Shown here: piece by piece, positions 21,142-38,547 of the stretch | How positions within the stretch are numbered: the stretch's first letter is position 1 | Layout of the letters: the number at the start of each line of letters is the position of its first letter | From: the human T2T-CHM13v2.0 reference genome, Homo sapiens | Reading direction: 5' to 3' (one strand) | DNA length: 64,000 bases | NCBI RefSeq assembly: GCF_009914755.1 | Contig: NC_060936.1 | Position numbers and translations under genes: made by a program | Notes under the pieces: generated by a model | The model's database searches: none | The model's input: only the letters and a program-made list of their open reading frames with translations | What the model was told of the DNA's origin: nothing

Positions 21142-23365
21142 TTGGCAAAGTTTCCACGAATCTTCCACCCTGAAGCTCCGCGGTTCTGTCTGCTCTGGTG
21201 CCCAAAGGTAGCTTGTGTGTATTCTGCGATCTCGGCAGAACTGAGATTTTCAAGCAGCGGCACTCAACAACTAGGTGTGGTCTAGAGACCAATTACAACC
21301 TCCGCGTGGTCCCCGAGCTCTCAGGGAGCTGCGCACAGGCGTTCCTAGCCCAGGCGGGGCGCTGGCAACCCTGCCCGCCCTCTGCCTGTGTCGCCACCAC
21401 AGCCCACAGGGCTCAGATGTGGTTTCACAGACCCAGATGGGCTGAGCAGGCGGCACACTAGTGGGTATTTCAAGCCCCTTCTTGTTTTTTTCTGAACATT
21501 GTAAGGGGTTATGGGGTTATAGTGCGAACAGTTTCGTTTCTAACAAACACATTGAGAGCAGTCCCATCTCCTCCGAGTCTGGGCACCAGAAGAACCACTG
21601 GACAGTGTTCACTTGCGACCGCCCAACTACTAAAGCAAAAGCTGTTGTCTTAAAAAACATGCAAGTGCAAGCATGCACGGGTGTGAGAACCAAGCTTAAG
21701 TGACCGAGATCTCCTGAGTGCTTGATTCCGATTTACAAAGAGTTTTGCAGCTTACAGACTCATTATACAGATACTTTCCCAATGTGACACTTCCAATTTC
21801 ACCTCCTCACAATGTGAGGCAAAAGGAGCCAGTGAGGATTTCTGCAAAGAACAGACACTTTCCCAGATGCAACAACAAAGGAAACGAAAGCATAAACTAT
21901 GCTGCTTCTGATTATTTTGCTCGTTGCCGTAGTTTTTAGTTCAAGACTGTTTTCTGACCTTTGAAAAGAGCAGGCAGTGTGGACATCAACCCTTTTATCA
22001 ACATCATCATCCAGAAGCAAATGGCTCCTTAATTTAATCAGGATCTCTTATTATCAAATTATTGCCTTGGCCACAGTGAGGCTGAAAACAGGAGCAGAAC
22101 ATTATCAAGCTGCTCAGGAAGCCAGTGAGTAGTAATTACTCCCCCAGAGAACTGGTCATCTTCCGTGTCCTACCTAGTGGCAACGGAGTACAGCTGAGAT
22201 TTATACCCTCCTCCACACCAAAATAATGGATGAAACAGACAGGCTATTAAAAATAGGCCTGATTCTGTTCCCTTTTAACCCTCACATCCTTCAAATGGAT
22301 GTCTCCAGGCAGTTAAGTGTTCTAGCCTTTGCGGCCCCTTGTTACCGCCTGATTTTGGGTGTTTTACAGCAACGGAGGAACTTAAGCAAAGAAACACTAT
22401 GTGGCTTGAAATTCACACTAATCCATTTAGAAATAAAAGAATCTGAGAAATTTTAAATAATTGCCTTTTTCTTCTGTTGTCTGACAAAAAAGGTATCCTC
22501 TATTTTCTATAGGATGTCATCATTAAACCACGACTGAATATATCACAGTCTACAATAAATTCAGTCTAAAGAAGATCATCTATGTGATGTCTGCATTTTT
22601 TTGCCTCACCATCTTTATCATAGTCCCTCTTACTGTCTGCTTTAGACATCCAGTTCATTTTGATATTTTAAAAAGAGTATTTCAGCTGGTGTGGTGACTC
22701 ACACCCATAATCCCAACACTTTGTGGGGCTGAGGCAGGAGGGCTGCTTAAAGCTAGGAGTTCGAGACCACCCTAGCCAACAGAAAATTAAAAAGATAATA
22801 AATTTAATGAAAAAGAAAAAAAGAATTATTTCTCTTGAGGCCAGGAGTTTGAGCAACAAAGACCCTGTCTCTAAAAGGAAGAAAAAAAAATTGCTGGGTG
22901 TGGTGGTGCTTTGCTATAGTCCCAGCTACTCGTGAGACTGAGGCAGGAGGACTGCTTGAGCCCAGAAGTTCAAGGCTGTGGTGAGCTATGATTGTGCCAC
23001 TGCACTCCAGCCTGGGCAACAGAATAAGACCTCATCTCAAAAAAATAATTTCTTCTTGAATTAAACTCTGCTCAATACAAACACTTCCTCCTGGTGACAG
23101 GCTGGTCTTTAGTGTACAACTGAGAACAAGACCGACCAACACATCATGCTTAATCATAATCCATTTGCAGTGAGGGCAGATCTGAATCGAATAGAACTCA
23201 CAATGAGACTGTCCCAGTTTTCTCTGAGAATTAAATGTGCTGTTTTAAATCATCCCTCTTTCAACCATTACTCTTTTGCTCCACAATTAACAAAATACTT
23301 AATTCTCTGTTGGTTAGAATTCAACACTCTATAGCAAGACACAAAACAGTGTCTGTGTAGACTTC

Positions 23366-23371
23366 TTTATT
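23366..23371 (-). terminator. Distal VPS33A poly(A) signal AATAAA
   Basis: tttatt on the + strand, with a downstream GU-rich element (CTGTTTTGTGTCTTG on minus, about 23349-23335). Confidence 0.65.
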
Positions 23372-24083
23372 AAGGGGGCTGCTGGTGTAGAACTGTCTAC
23401 CCAACTAGACAAAAGTCCAGACATGATGTAAACAATCCACTCTCCCCAACAATAAATGTACCGTTCACATATCCTTTCTCAGTAAGGGCATACTCTTTTG
23501 AGACAAAGACTGCTTCAAGTATTAAATGAACTTACACAAAGGCGTATAATATATAATTATCTACCATTTTCTATTTGCATACAAATGAAGCAATTGAAGT
23601 TTTTCAGTCTTCTGCTGAATGCATTTTTAGGAGCTGCCCTAACTATGCTCTGAGCAAGCAAGTATATAGAGTCTTGGGTGAGTGCAGACACATGAGACTA
23701 CAACTGAGTATCTGTTCCCAGGACAGAATCCCCAGCCAGGGAGACTTGACCAGACTTGAATTGAGCCCCAGGAACCAAAAAATGGAGGGGCAGGGTGGAT
23801 TCCATTCTCTAAAGCAGCTGATGACTGCCTGAGGTGGAAGGTATAAACTAATCTCCCTGGGATATAACAAGTATTTAAAAAAGGATTTTCTACAATGAAA
23901 ATGGTTTTCTTTAAGACATTTCCAAATACTGAATATCAAGGCCAAATTAATTCCATGAGAAACTAATCTTTCAATTATTATCTCTGCCACTCTTCATTCT
24001 TTCATTAAAGAGATTTTTAAAAAAGTATACAGAATTTCTCTTTCATTAATAATATTTACCGTGCCCATCAGAACTCCACTAAT

Positions 24084-24440
<357 letters not shown>

Positions 24441-25353
24441 TCAACAACCAAAATCACACCTGGCTGGGACCCAGCAAAGCAGGGGACCAGCTAGTTTTGC
24501 TGGAGGCTTGGGCAAGGGCAGCAAAACTGCCAACCTGACTTGGTGCCCTTGGTGCCTTAACTCCTCCAGAAGCTAAGATGGAGGAGCAGAGGGGCAGAGA
24601 ACACACGGATTTTCAACTTCTCCTCCAACACCCCTGCCCCCCACCACAGCCTGACAGTCTCCTGCAGGAGTAGCAGCAGCTGTGGCTGCTGGTCTCCAAG
24701 ATCATCAAGAGATACACCTGGAGAAGGCTGAGGTCACCAGAGAGGGGGCTGAAACAGTGTTTTCAGCTGAGTACGGAGTGGCCACAGACTGCTAGAAAAG
24801 TACACGTGGCAGTTACCATGGAAACGAAGTGGCCAGATGCTGAAGAAGCAAGAGTTGCCCCTGCTCACTGTGGGACCAGTTGGATGTTGGGCCCTTGATG
24901 GACAGAAGAGAAAACGGAAACCTCAATGGAGGCACCCACCACTGCTGTGTCTGGAGTTAACGTGTGTGCTAAGAAACTGTCTTTGAATTACTTCAAAGGC
25001 TGAATTCTCAGAAGGTTGCTCCCCAATTATCACATTCTTCCATGTCAAAAGCCCCTGATAAGTATGGAACCTAAGGAGATGTAGCTGATCACATAGAGCA
25101 TAAACTTTGTTTCTGGGCAAGAAGCTCCCCTAAACCTCTTGCTTTGTAAGAAGTAGAAGGAAGCAAACTTGCCTTAGTGATCAGTTGCGACAGTGACTGA
25201 TGACCCTAAATATAATCTCCCACACTCTGCAGGAAAAAGAAATCTCAACTCAGTGATAAAATGATCTCCAGCTCCCAACACTTAACCACTGTCCTAGGCC
25301 TGATGCGCCTTGAAGAAATACAGCACTGGGGATTAGAGGATGAACTTTCTCTT

Positions 25354-25359
25354 TTTATT
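25354..25359 (-). terminator. Intermediate VPS33A poly(A) signal AATAAA
   Basis: tttatt on the + strand about 670 nt past the stop codon. Confidence 0.55.
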
Positions 25360-25550
25360 TTCAGTTTCACCTCCTCAGTCTCAGCTTTCTTATTTTAAGA
25401 GCTGGCCCCGTTTGTCTGGCTGAATGGATTATCTACCCCCACCATCCTTAATGTATTTCCAGAGGTCTCTAATGAAGACCCTGAGCTTAGAAAACTCAAA
25501 ACCAGTGCTGCTTTTACTCAGGTTGATTTTCTTCTATTCTTCTTTCTTCA

Positions 25551-25967
<417 letters not shown>

Positions 25968-26031
25968 TCAGCAATTTCTTCAAAGAGGTAGTTTATTCTG
26001 CAGTACACTTGTTAAGTCTCCTCTGAACATC

Positions 26032-26213
26032 CTAGAAAGGTTTTTCCATCAGAGCCTCTATCCAACTGGTTCCATTCATTAGTTTAGTGGTGGCAATGAC
26101 ATATTCTGTACCTCCATCTTCCAACTGGGAGAGAAATCGCAGGGCAGCAATTTCAGCGAAGGTTACGCCCCCAAGGAAAAATATCAGAGTCACTCGGTTT
26201 TCTCCCGGTTGAC
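26032..26213 (-). CDS. VPS33A: VPS33A exon 13 (last): (R)[26 protein letters not shown]...[10 protein letters not shown]
   Basis: attttag| acceptor; Sec1/Munc18 family [11 protein letters not shown] motif; stop TAG at 26034-26032; 182 nt. Confidence 0.96.
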
Positions 26214-26585
26214 CTAAAATTTAAACATTTCAGAATTAAAAACTATTTATTATTAATGCTTCTCTTCCCACCTCTTCAAACATTTTATCATTCATAAGAA
26301 TAAACAAGTGCCTTCATCCAGACAGTTCATCTGAAACCTAAGAATACTGATTTTGATCTCAACATTTTTTTTTAACTTCTGAGATTCTCAACACAGAAGT
26401 TGAAAGCTGCTATCCCTCAGGGAATAATCCGATTCGAGTTCTTACTACATACATTAGCAACGAACAAAAGAGGTGTATTTAATTCTGACTCCTAAGTGCT
26501 TTACTATTTTACAAAGCAACTGTACAATACCTGAAAACCACACTAACAGTACATAATTATCTGTAGATGCTGGACTGGGACTTAC

Positions 26586-26754
26586 GTTTCTTCTGCAGTC
26601 CTGTGGGCAGTGGCTGCCGCTCCTCAAAGTGGGGCCCTGGGAGGATGCGGAGGACCTCCTCGATGCTCCGCCAGCCAGGCCGGGAAAGCAGCTGGGCCAG
26701 CCGCACACTGAGCGGGGCATACCCACTGTACACATACGATATGTCCGTGGGGTT
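26586..26754 (-). CDS. VPS33A: VPS33A exon 12: [21 protein letters not shown]...TGLQKK(R)
   Basis: tcacag| acceptor, |GTAAGT donor, 169 nt. Arg498 codon CGG at 26703-26701 is the reference allele at the MPS-plus R498W site. Confidence 0.96.
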
Positions 26755-26976
26755 CTGTGAGATAATTAAAGAACAAAAACCCTATAGATACAGAGACTTA
26801 GAGCTACCTGACTGTGGCCTTTTGGGTAATCCAAAATTATTTGATTTGGATTTAAAGATATACAACCCCCACCCCTGCCATGCCTTGTTCTAATCCACCC
26901 TAGCTGGGCTCAATTTTTAGCAGCCAGAGCTTCAATTTTGACTGAAATCTTGAAAAGCCACTCAAAGCAGCTCTAG

Positions 26977-27315
<339 letters not shown>

Positions 27316-28240
27316 TGAAACATATTGGGGGGAACTTGGCACTCCCTAGCTGAGCAATGATGTGCAATAACCTTTGAACTTAGCAATTCTACTTTTAGGC
27401 ATTAATCCTACAGAGGTGCTTGCAGAACAAAAGATAATAGACCAAAGTATAAACGTATTAACTGCAACACTGCATGTAACAGTAAAGACTGGAAACAACC
27501 TGAATTTCTATCAATAGCAATCTGTTAAATCATTAAATAAGGTATAGCCTCAAAACCACTATGTAGCAATTTAGAAAAATTAAAAAGAAGGGGAAGATCA
27601 CAGAAGACCCTTCAAGATCCTTTGTTAAGTGGTGGGTGGGTCCAGAGTCAGAAAGGTCAGAACAGTGAAGACAGCTGAACTAATATGTACATGATAGACT
27701 CTAGACATTAAGGGTCTCTATTTTCCCACCGGGAAAAAATCATTTAATTTTGCTCCTGACAGAGGAGACTGTCTAGTTATGAGCTTTTGTTGCAAGAGGC
27801 GGCCTAATAAAGTTCCTTATGAAAAACCAAAAAAGACTGAAATTTAGAAACATTAGAATAAGTAATAAATGTAAAGCAAAGTGCACCCCACTTTGGAGAC
27901 CAACAGTAGAGAATATGCACTCTTTATGTAAAAATGTATATGCACAGAATCTTTCTGGAAGGATAGATAAAAAACTGGCCACAGTGGCTGCCTCTGAGGG
28001 GAAACTGTGGAAGGAAACTCACTTGGCCCTGATGGCCCTGCTTTTGCATAGCTTTTTTTTTCCCTTTTTCTTTTTCTTTTTGAGATAGGGTCTCATTCTG
28101 TCGCCCATGCTGGAGTGCAGCAGTGCAATCTCAGCTCACTGTAGCCTCAACCTCCCAGGCTCAGCCTCCTGGGAGGCTCCCACCTCAGCCTTCTGAGTAC
28201 AGTAGCTGGGCCTACAGATGCATGCTCCACCATGCCCTGA

Positions 28241-28393
<153 letters not shown>

Positions 28394-28990
28394 TGAGTGC
28401 TGGACATCTCCACTGACTCCTCTAGACACTCTCCACCCTTCTCCGCAATGCTCTGTGCCCGGAGATGGACCTGTGCGTCCCACACCAACACACTCCAATG
28501 CCTTCTCTTTGGGTCTGACCAAGACAAAGCACCAGAGTGAACTGGAGAGTGGGCAGCAGTGTGAGGATGACGTTGTCACTGGCCAGCTTCCTCTGCTGGA
28601 GGTTGACCATACCCTCAGCCAGAGGCCCCTCACCCCTTACCTCACCAGATGGCCTCACCACAGCTCTTCTCTCCAGGTTCTAAGACAAGTTTCTAGAACA
28701 CCCCCCTCTCCTTGTCCTTCAGGCCGTGGCTGGCAAGGGCTCCCCACTGCACTGCCTCTCCACTCTTCCCACATCTTTATTTATTTGAGACAGAGTCTTA
28801 CTGTGTAGCCCAGCCTGGAGTGCAGTGGCACAAACATGGTTCACTGCAACCGCCTCCTGGGCTCAGTGATCCTCTAACCACAGCCCCTCGGACTAAAGGC
28901 TCATACTACCACTGGCCATTTTTTTTGTAGAGACAAGGTTTTGCCATGTTGCCCAGGCTGGTCTCGAACTCCTGGACTCAAGCGATCTGA

Positions 28991-29416
<426 letters not shown>

Positions 29417-29571
29417 TGATGGATACAATACATGCATACATTACTTTTTCAAAAACATTAGAAAATTGTTTTCAGAAAGCAAGGCAGATGTGTAGGTTCA
29501 GAAGCATGTGTTGTCACCTGGACGATCTAACCAGTCCCTAAGCTGAGACGAGGTGGAGAAGTGTGGCTTAC

Positions 29572-29709
29572 TTGCTCATTAACATCATCCATCCAGAGGC
29601 GTAATGTTTTCCGTATAGTTGGGTAATTGTTTCTGCCCCCCGTCTGCGGTTTCAGCAGGCCGGCCTTCTCCAGGTTGTGTAAGGTCAATATGTGCTCATA
29701 GCCGTATGT
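29572..29709 (-). CDS. VPS33A: VPS33A exon 11: [19 protein letters not shown]...WMDDVNEQ
   Basis: ttgcag| acceptor, |GTAAGC donor, 138 nt. Confidence 0.96.
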
Positions 29710-30271
29710 CTGCAAGGGAAGTCATTTGGCCTTGATGTCAGATCAGGAAAAGGATTTCTGCAATTTTCAAAGAAGGGCACTTCCAACAAATCAATTTGGT
29801 TTGTACTGCAGGACATGTTACCAAAGTCCAGCAATGTTAGTGGATGGGCACAGAGGACAGGGTGGAGGGATGAAACTTGTCCTAAAACTGCTTGCCTGTT
29901 ACTATTAATTCAGCTCACTGTTTCAAAGAGAAATTTAAAATTTTTACTTTAAAGTCAGAATTTATGGACCCAATCTAAGCAAGCATCAAATAAATGATAG
30001 TATATTTTTATAAGGGATATAATTAGCTCTAAAAAAGAGTAAGGCATATGTATACATCCTGATAAGAAAGGTCTCCAGAATATATTAAAAAAAAAATAAC
30101 ATGTAGAGTAGGACATTATTTCTATTTTTAAAAAGTAGCCAAGGTCTGGGCATGCTGGCTCACACCTGTAATCCCAGTACTTTGGGAGGCCGAGGCGGGC
30201 CAATCACTTGAAGTCAGGAGTTTGAGACCAGCCTGGCCAACATGGTGAAACCCTGTCTCTACTAAAAATTA

Positions 30272-30499
<228 letters not shown>

Positions 30500-31320
30500 T
30501 TACATACATTAACTCAGTCATCCCGGCTCTAACCCCATGACGTAGGTATCATTACCTTCATTTTACAGAGATGTTTAAATAACCTGCCTAAAGTCACACA
30601 GCTAGTGAAGAGCAGAGCTGAAACCTGGATCCAGCCAGTCTTGCTCTGAAGTCTGTGTATGGAAACATTCTGTCTAAATGCAAAGAATGGAGTTTGGAAG
30701 GAAGCAAATCAGACTGCTGACACTGGTCACATCTGGGGAGGGAAACTGGGGTATGAGCAAGGTACAGGGGACGTTCACATTTTGCTCTGTGTACTTCTGC
30801 ATTATTTGACTCTTACACAAGGATACATAACTTAAAAAAAGACAAAAACAAAAAATTAATGAGCACTCAATTTTAATAAAAATGTACTTAACTGTCACTG
30901 GTAACAGCAAATAAATACTACCTGAGTCATTTTCAAACAAAGGGGAGACTTTTCAAAAACAAGAGTGGCCTTTTCCTTATTATAAGTAACACAGGCTTAA
31001 TTTAAGTAAACCTGCTAAGCAACTGTCATCAGAAATTTGCAGAAAGTTCTTTTCCTCCGTGGTATAACTGCGGAGTTAAGAACATGGGCGCTACACTCAA
31101 ATTGCCTGGTTTACCACTGGCTGTGCCACTTACCAGCCAGATAACCTTGGGTGAGTTACCTAAACTAGTCTGTGCCTCAGTTTTTCATCCATAAAACTGG
31201 GACGATAGCAGTCTCTAACTCACAAGGCTGTTGTGAATATTTGTTGTTGTTGTTATGGTAACTACAGTTAACAAGGAAGTATTGTGAAGATGAAACAAAT
31301 GAATGCACATAAAGTTTTTC

Positions 31321-31561
<241 letters not shown>

Positions 31562-32191
31562 TAGATCCTAGCACATAGTAAATGCTCAAGAAATGTTACC
31601 TATTATTATTATTTTTTACTTTTTGTAAACAAGCTATGTTGCCTAGGCTGGTTTTGGACTCCTGGGCTCAAGCAATCCTCCTAACTCAGCCTCCTGGGTA
31701 GCTGGGACTGCAGACACAGCCACCATGCCTGGTAAATTTTTGTATTTTTTTTGTAGAGACAGGGTCTTGCTATGTTGCCAGGCTGGTCTTGGCCTCCAGC
31801 GATCCTCCTGCCTCAGCCCCACAAAATATTGAGATAACAGAGGTGAGCCACTGTGCCCAGCCTGTTAGCTATTATTATCACACAAATACAATAAACAGTG
31901 ATGGCTACCAAGACCAATTCCTCTAGGTGTTAAAAAATTTATACAACAGTCGTTACAAGATACCAAAATGGCAGCTTTGTAATTTTTATTTTTTTTAATT
32001 TTAAATTTTTTATTATTATTTTTTGAGACAGAGTCTCACTCTGTTGCCCAGGCTGGAGTGCAGGGGCATGATCTTGACACACTGTAACCTCCGCCTCCTG
32101 CGTTCAAGCGATTCTCCTGCCTGATCCTCTCAAATAGCTGGGACTACAGGTGCATGCTACCATGCCTGGCTAATTTTTGTATTTTTAATAG

Positions 32192-32510
<319 letters not shown>

Positions 32511-32552
32511 CTGGAAATAAAGTAGCATACATATACATATACATTTACATAT

Positions 32553-32556
<4 letters not shown>

Positions 32557-32592
<36 letters not shown>
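32557..32592. repeat. (AC)18 microsatellite with adjacent (TACA)-like repeats
   Basis: Read directly. Confidence 0.95.
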
Positions 32593-32595
<3 letters not shown>

Positions 32596-32724
32596 ACATG
32601 GTTTAGGAACTTAACTTGATGTTTATTATTATTTTTCAAAGTCCAATAAAGGAGATACGTGGGAAAATGAGTTATTTTTCCACAGTCCCTAACCCTTCCC
32701 CGAAATAGCTCTGCTAGCCCCAGC

Positions 32725-32770
32725 CACACACACACCCTGGCCACCACACACACACACACACCCCACACAC

Positions 32771-32805
<35 letters not shown>

Positions 32806-32808
32806 CAC
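32725..32808. repeat. Compound (CA)n/(TACA)n microsatellite
   Basis: Read directly. Confidence 0.92.
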
Positions 32809-33535
32809 CCCCCAGTGATCAGGCCAAGTCACTGGAGCCCAAGGCCGCTGAGAATACAATTGGTCACTCCATATGCCTGTCTGGACACGTCTGTCTCTAA
32901 GGACACGCTTCTGAGAGGCTACCAGATGTCTACTCCATTTCAATAGTATCAACAACTAATCTAGCAAAAAGTATCAGTAATTGTTTTATGTTAGGAATTT
33001 TCATAAAGTGAATAATTTAAAATTTGTTAATAGAGCTATTTAAAGGAGTTATATAAGAAACTCTTTCAAAAGAGCAAATACCTTATCTAATACAGTCTTA
33101 AAAAGATTTGATTTTAGGGGCCAGGTCTCATGTTGCCATGTATGGCAGAAAGTGTCTTGCACAGAATAATGTTAAATATCTGTTACTTGATAAAATCTAC
33201 ACTTGCACATTTTGCATTTGCTCTTAAAAATATTTAAGTGGCCGGGCGCAGTGACTCACGCCTGTAATCCCAACAGTTTGGGAGGCCAAGGCGGGCGGAT
33301 CACAAGGTCGGAGATCGAGACCATCCTGGCTAACATGGTGAAACCCCGTCTCTATTAAAAATACAAAAAATTAGCCAGGTGTGGTGGTGAGCGCCTGTAG
33401 TCCCAGCTACTCGGGAGGCTGAGGCAGAATGGCGTCAACCCGGGAGGCGGAGCTTGCAGTGAGCAGAGATGGCGCCACTGCACTCCAGCCTGGGCAACAG
33501 AGCAAGCTGGGTGACACACAGTGAGACTCCGTCTC

Positions 33536-33568
<33 letters not shown>

Positions 33569-33662
33569 AGGCATGGGAATCAAAGCAATTGGTTTTCTGG
33601 CTATAATCTGAGGTTTAATAAGCTTTCAATTACTTGTTAAAGAGGTTTTTTTGTCCACATAC

Positions 33663-33730
33663 CTTATCAGTGTCTATTCCAGACATAAACTCCTGTTCCA
33701 CGGTTAATTTATCAAAAAAGTCTTCAGAAG
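33663..33730 (-). CDS. VPS33A: VPS33A exon 9: (T)[22 protein letters not shown]
   Basis: cattttag| acceptor, |GTATGT donor, 68 nt. Confidence 0.94.
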
Positions 33731-33898
33731 CTAAAATGAAATTAGCAAATTTGCAACTTAGAAATTAAATGTTAATTTACTTGAGTGGCATGCTTTTATA
33801 CACAGAGCACGATTCAGAAACTAGACATGTGGCTGGGCACGGTGGCTCACACCTGTAATCTCAGCACTGTAGGGGGCCGAGGTGGGTGGATCACTTCA

Positions 33899-34132
<234 letters not shown>

Positions 34133-34755
34133 TCATGCAAAAAAGCAAGCAAGCAATAAGTTCAAGTCATCACCTGAAGAAAATCTTTTAGGAAACATGG
34201 AAAACGCTAGGCCTCTGCACTCCTAAGTTACACTAGATACAGTCGACAAGTGCACTCTTTTGTATCCTTAGGATTTCAGTACAGACCCCAGAATGAGCGT
34301 CAGTATGAATGAAAGCTAATTTCTCAAGAACATTTCATTTTCATCATTAGGTTCAACCCAATTTCAACTGGTTTCCACTCCTATGAACAGGGAAACAAAG
34401 GACTGATTTTCCGATAACTGTGATTTACTTAAGATTCGAAGTATACTTCATAAAACAATCTCCTACTCAGCTTTTACAGCCCTGTGTTGTAACAAACAAA
34501 CAAACTCATGTCTGCTTTAATAGATGTCTTCTGAGCTCTTTCAAAATACTCAACATATACTCTTTGTACCAATTCTGCACAGAATATTCAAGGGAAGAAC
34601 ATGCGCCAATAAGTAATCCTTCAAAAAAGGAAAAAAGCTGCTGGCCGCGGTGGCTCATGCCTGTAATCCCAGCACTTTGGGAGCCAAGGCAGGCGGATCA
34701 CCTGAGGTTGGGAGTTTGAGACCAGCCTGACCAACATGGTGAAACACCATCTCTA

Positions 34756-34917
<162 letters not shown>

Positions 34918-35216
34918 TCAAAAAAAAAAAAAAAAGAAAAAAAGCTAGACTAAAAAAATTAACCATCTCAGATTATGATGGCAAACTTATGGATAATTTT
35001 TTTCTCTTATCTACATTCCAAATATTTTTCATATAAATGATAATGAAAAAATTTGAGTTAAAAAATGGACCCTTCCTCTCTTTCTCTTTTTCTTTCTTTC
35101 GTTATTTCGAGATGGAGTCCTGCTCTGTCGCCCAGGCCGGAGTGCAGTGGTGCAATCTTGGCTCACTGCAACCTCTGCCTCCCGGTTCAAGCAATTCTCC
35201 TGCCTCAGTCTCCTGA

Positions 35217-35501
<285 letters not shown>

Positions 35502-35504
35502 TGA

Positions 35505-36029
<525 letters not shown>

Positions 36030-36166
36030 TAACACTGAGAAGAACACGTGGTATTAAGACAGAGCTGACTCTCCCGAAGAGGCATTGTGGTGTTGATGAC
36101 CTAGGTGTCAAACGTTGTATGTGCAAGTAGCCCCAGACTGAAACAATCATTACAAAGGATACTCAC

Positions 36167-36293
36167 TAGTGACATCTTTGATCAATTCTGCAATTGAGGT
36201 ATGGTTTGCAAGCGAGCCCCTTGCTGCCTGCATGTGGGGCAACTGGGAAACAAACTGCTTGATCTCCCCCACGGTCTTAGCATTGTGTCTTTC
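36167..36293 (-). CDS. VPS33A: VPS33A exon 8: [22 protein letters not shown]...ELIKDVT
   Basis: tttcag| acceptor, |GTGAGT donor, 127 nt. Confidence 0.96.
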
Positions 36294-36335
36294 CTGAAAT
36301 AAACAAGAGAGCAGTGCCTCAAGCAGGGAAGATAG

Positions 36336-36645
<310 letters not shown>

Positions 36646-38353
36646 TAAGTGCTTTGTTTTTTGTATTGTTCAGAGGATGTTTCATTTATATTAATGAGAA
36701 AGGAAGAATGGAATACAAATAAATCATTACATTACATAAAAAAAGAGAAAAGAAAAGTATATATATGACTGAAATAATAGAGGTCATGGTGCCTGTCTCC
36801 TGAATTAGCACTTCTTTAAAGAAGCAAATGCCTCAGAGTCTGTCTTCCAATGTACCAGCTTAAACACTGTGTCAGTATTTTGTGGACATCTGAGTATTGG
36901 TGAAAGATAGTACTATATAAACCATACAAATTTCTGAGTAAAAAACTAAGACAAAAAATTATGTTTAGAGGGTACCATAAAGAGGAAAAGTTTCCTGTGT
37001 AACAGAAAAAAATCCATTTTTTCTGTTGACCCTCAGTCTTTTATTTGATGTTGAGACAGGGTCTCTGTCGCCCAGGCTGGAGTGCAGTGGTGTCATCACA
37101 GCTCACTGCAGCCTCCGCCTCCTAGGCTCCTACCTCAGCCTCCCAAGGAGCTGGGATTACAGGCACACGCCACTGCCCAGCTAGTTAAAAAAAAAAAAAG
37201 TTTTGTAGAGACAGTGTCTTGCTGTGTTGCCCAGGCTGGTCTAGGACTTCTGGGCTCAAGCGATCCTCCTGCCTCAGCCTCCGACAGTGCCGGGATGACA
37301 GGCGTGAGCCACTGTGCCTGGCCTGAACCTTAGTCTTGAGTATAGTCTATGAACAAAGCGAACATAGCTTGGTGATGATAATATTTTTTGGCAAAATTTA
37401 ATAACTTAAACCAAAAGTAACTTCAGAAATATGAAAATCAATTAATGAACATAATTCCTGAGAAAGATAAAATCTGGAATTACATGGCCTAGTTCCAAGC
37501 CAGCCTGGGCAACGCAGGAAGTCCCCATCTCTACAGAAAAAAAAACAACAAAAAACTCTGCCAGGCATGATGGCATGTGCCTGTGGTCCCAGCTACTCGG
37601 GAGGCTGAGGTGGGAGGATTGCTTGAGCCTGGGAGGTAGCAGCTCAGTAAGCCATGATTGTACCACTACACCCATCCTGGGAGACAAAGCGAGACCCTGT
37701 CAAAAAAAAATCTAGAACTACATACTCAGTGAAAAATTCATTTTCAAAAACTTCCCATTTATGTTTCCAAAGTTGAAATATTCAGACTTTATGATCTTGT
37801 TGAATTCCCATGTTTCAAAAAGGAGCCTGAGCAAGAATAAACTAGTGAACGGGCAAGAGGAGGCAGGAAGGTGATAATGAAGCCACCAATTTCAAAGCTC
37901 GGGGTTGCTGGGGATTTCAGTCTCATTATCACCTGCCACACGTGCTGACTTCCCCTGCCGCAGTCACACTGGCTAAACTTGAGTTTTCAGCATGAACCAC
38001 AAGTTCTATTATAGAGGATTCTTTATTTGTAGTACAGATGGCTTCCTCTTAGGCAAGGTAGGAAATAATTTAAGACGATAAAGCAAATGTTTATGATGGA
38101 AGTCTGTAAACTGCACACACTTGCGCCTCCACCTACCCTCCACACAAAAAGAACTTTACGCAACGCGGGTCTGAGAAAGTTTAAAATGAAAACCTCGGAT
38201 CTTCCAATACTGAATCTGCAGTTACTGAAGATGAGAAAAGTTGCATTGAAGCCTGGTTTAATGGCTACATATTTTTGGAGCTCTTATTCCCCTCAGGGGT
38301 GGGCATCTACCTGAGGCCTAGAGTTGCAGAATGACACCCAAAACTTGCCTCAC

Positions 38354-38547
38354 CTCGAATGCTGCAGAGATGATCTTTGCTTTCTTGCTGAGCACAGAGC
38401 CAACTGCGTTGAAGTTCTTATCTCGGATCTCAGCATAGAGCTCCTCTGCAGAATTCAGCTGCAGCTTCTTTGCTTCCGTGGGGAGGTCCTTACCACCATC
38501 GCCCTGTTTCTTAGGTGCAAATTTCTCTGGAGGTAATTTCACATAAC
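38354..38547 (-). CDS. VPS33A: VPS33A exon 7: (S)[14 protein letters not shown]...[11 protein letters not shown]...SAAFE
   Basis: gctcag| acceptor, |GTGAGG donor, 194 nt. Confidence 0.96.

Noticed and set aside
23373-23435. Faint resemblance to reverse-complement U7 snRNA (ACTAGACAAA)
   Set aside because: Only about 10 nt match and no terminal stem; cannot be supported without a covariance-model search.
32511-32804. Poly(Cys-Val) ORF in frame with VPS33A exon 10
   Set aside because: Microsatellite translation with a non-ATG start; not called as a protein. The repeats are reported only for their splicing relevance.
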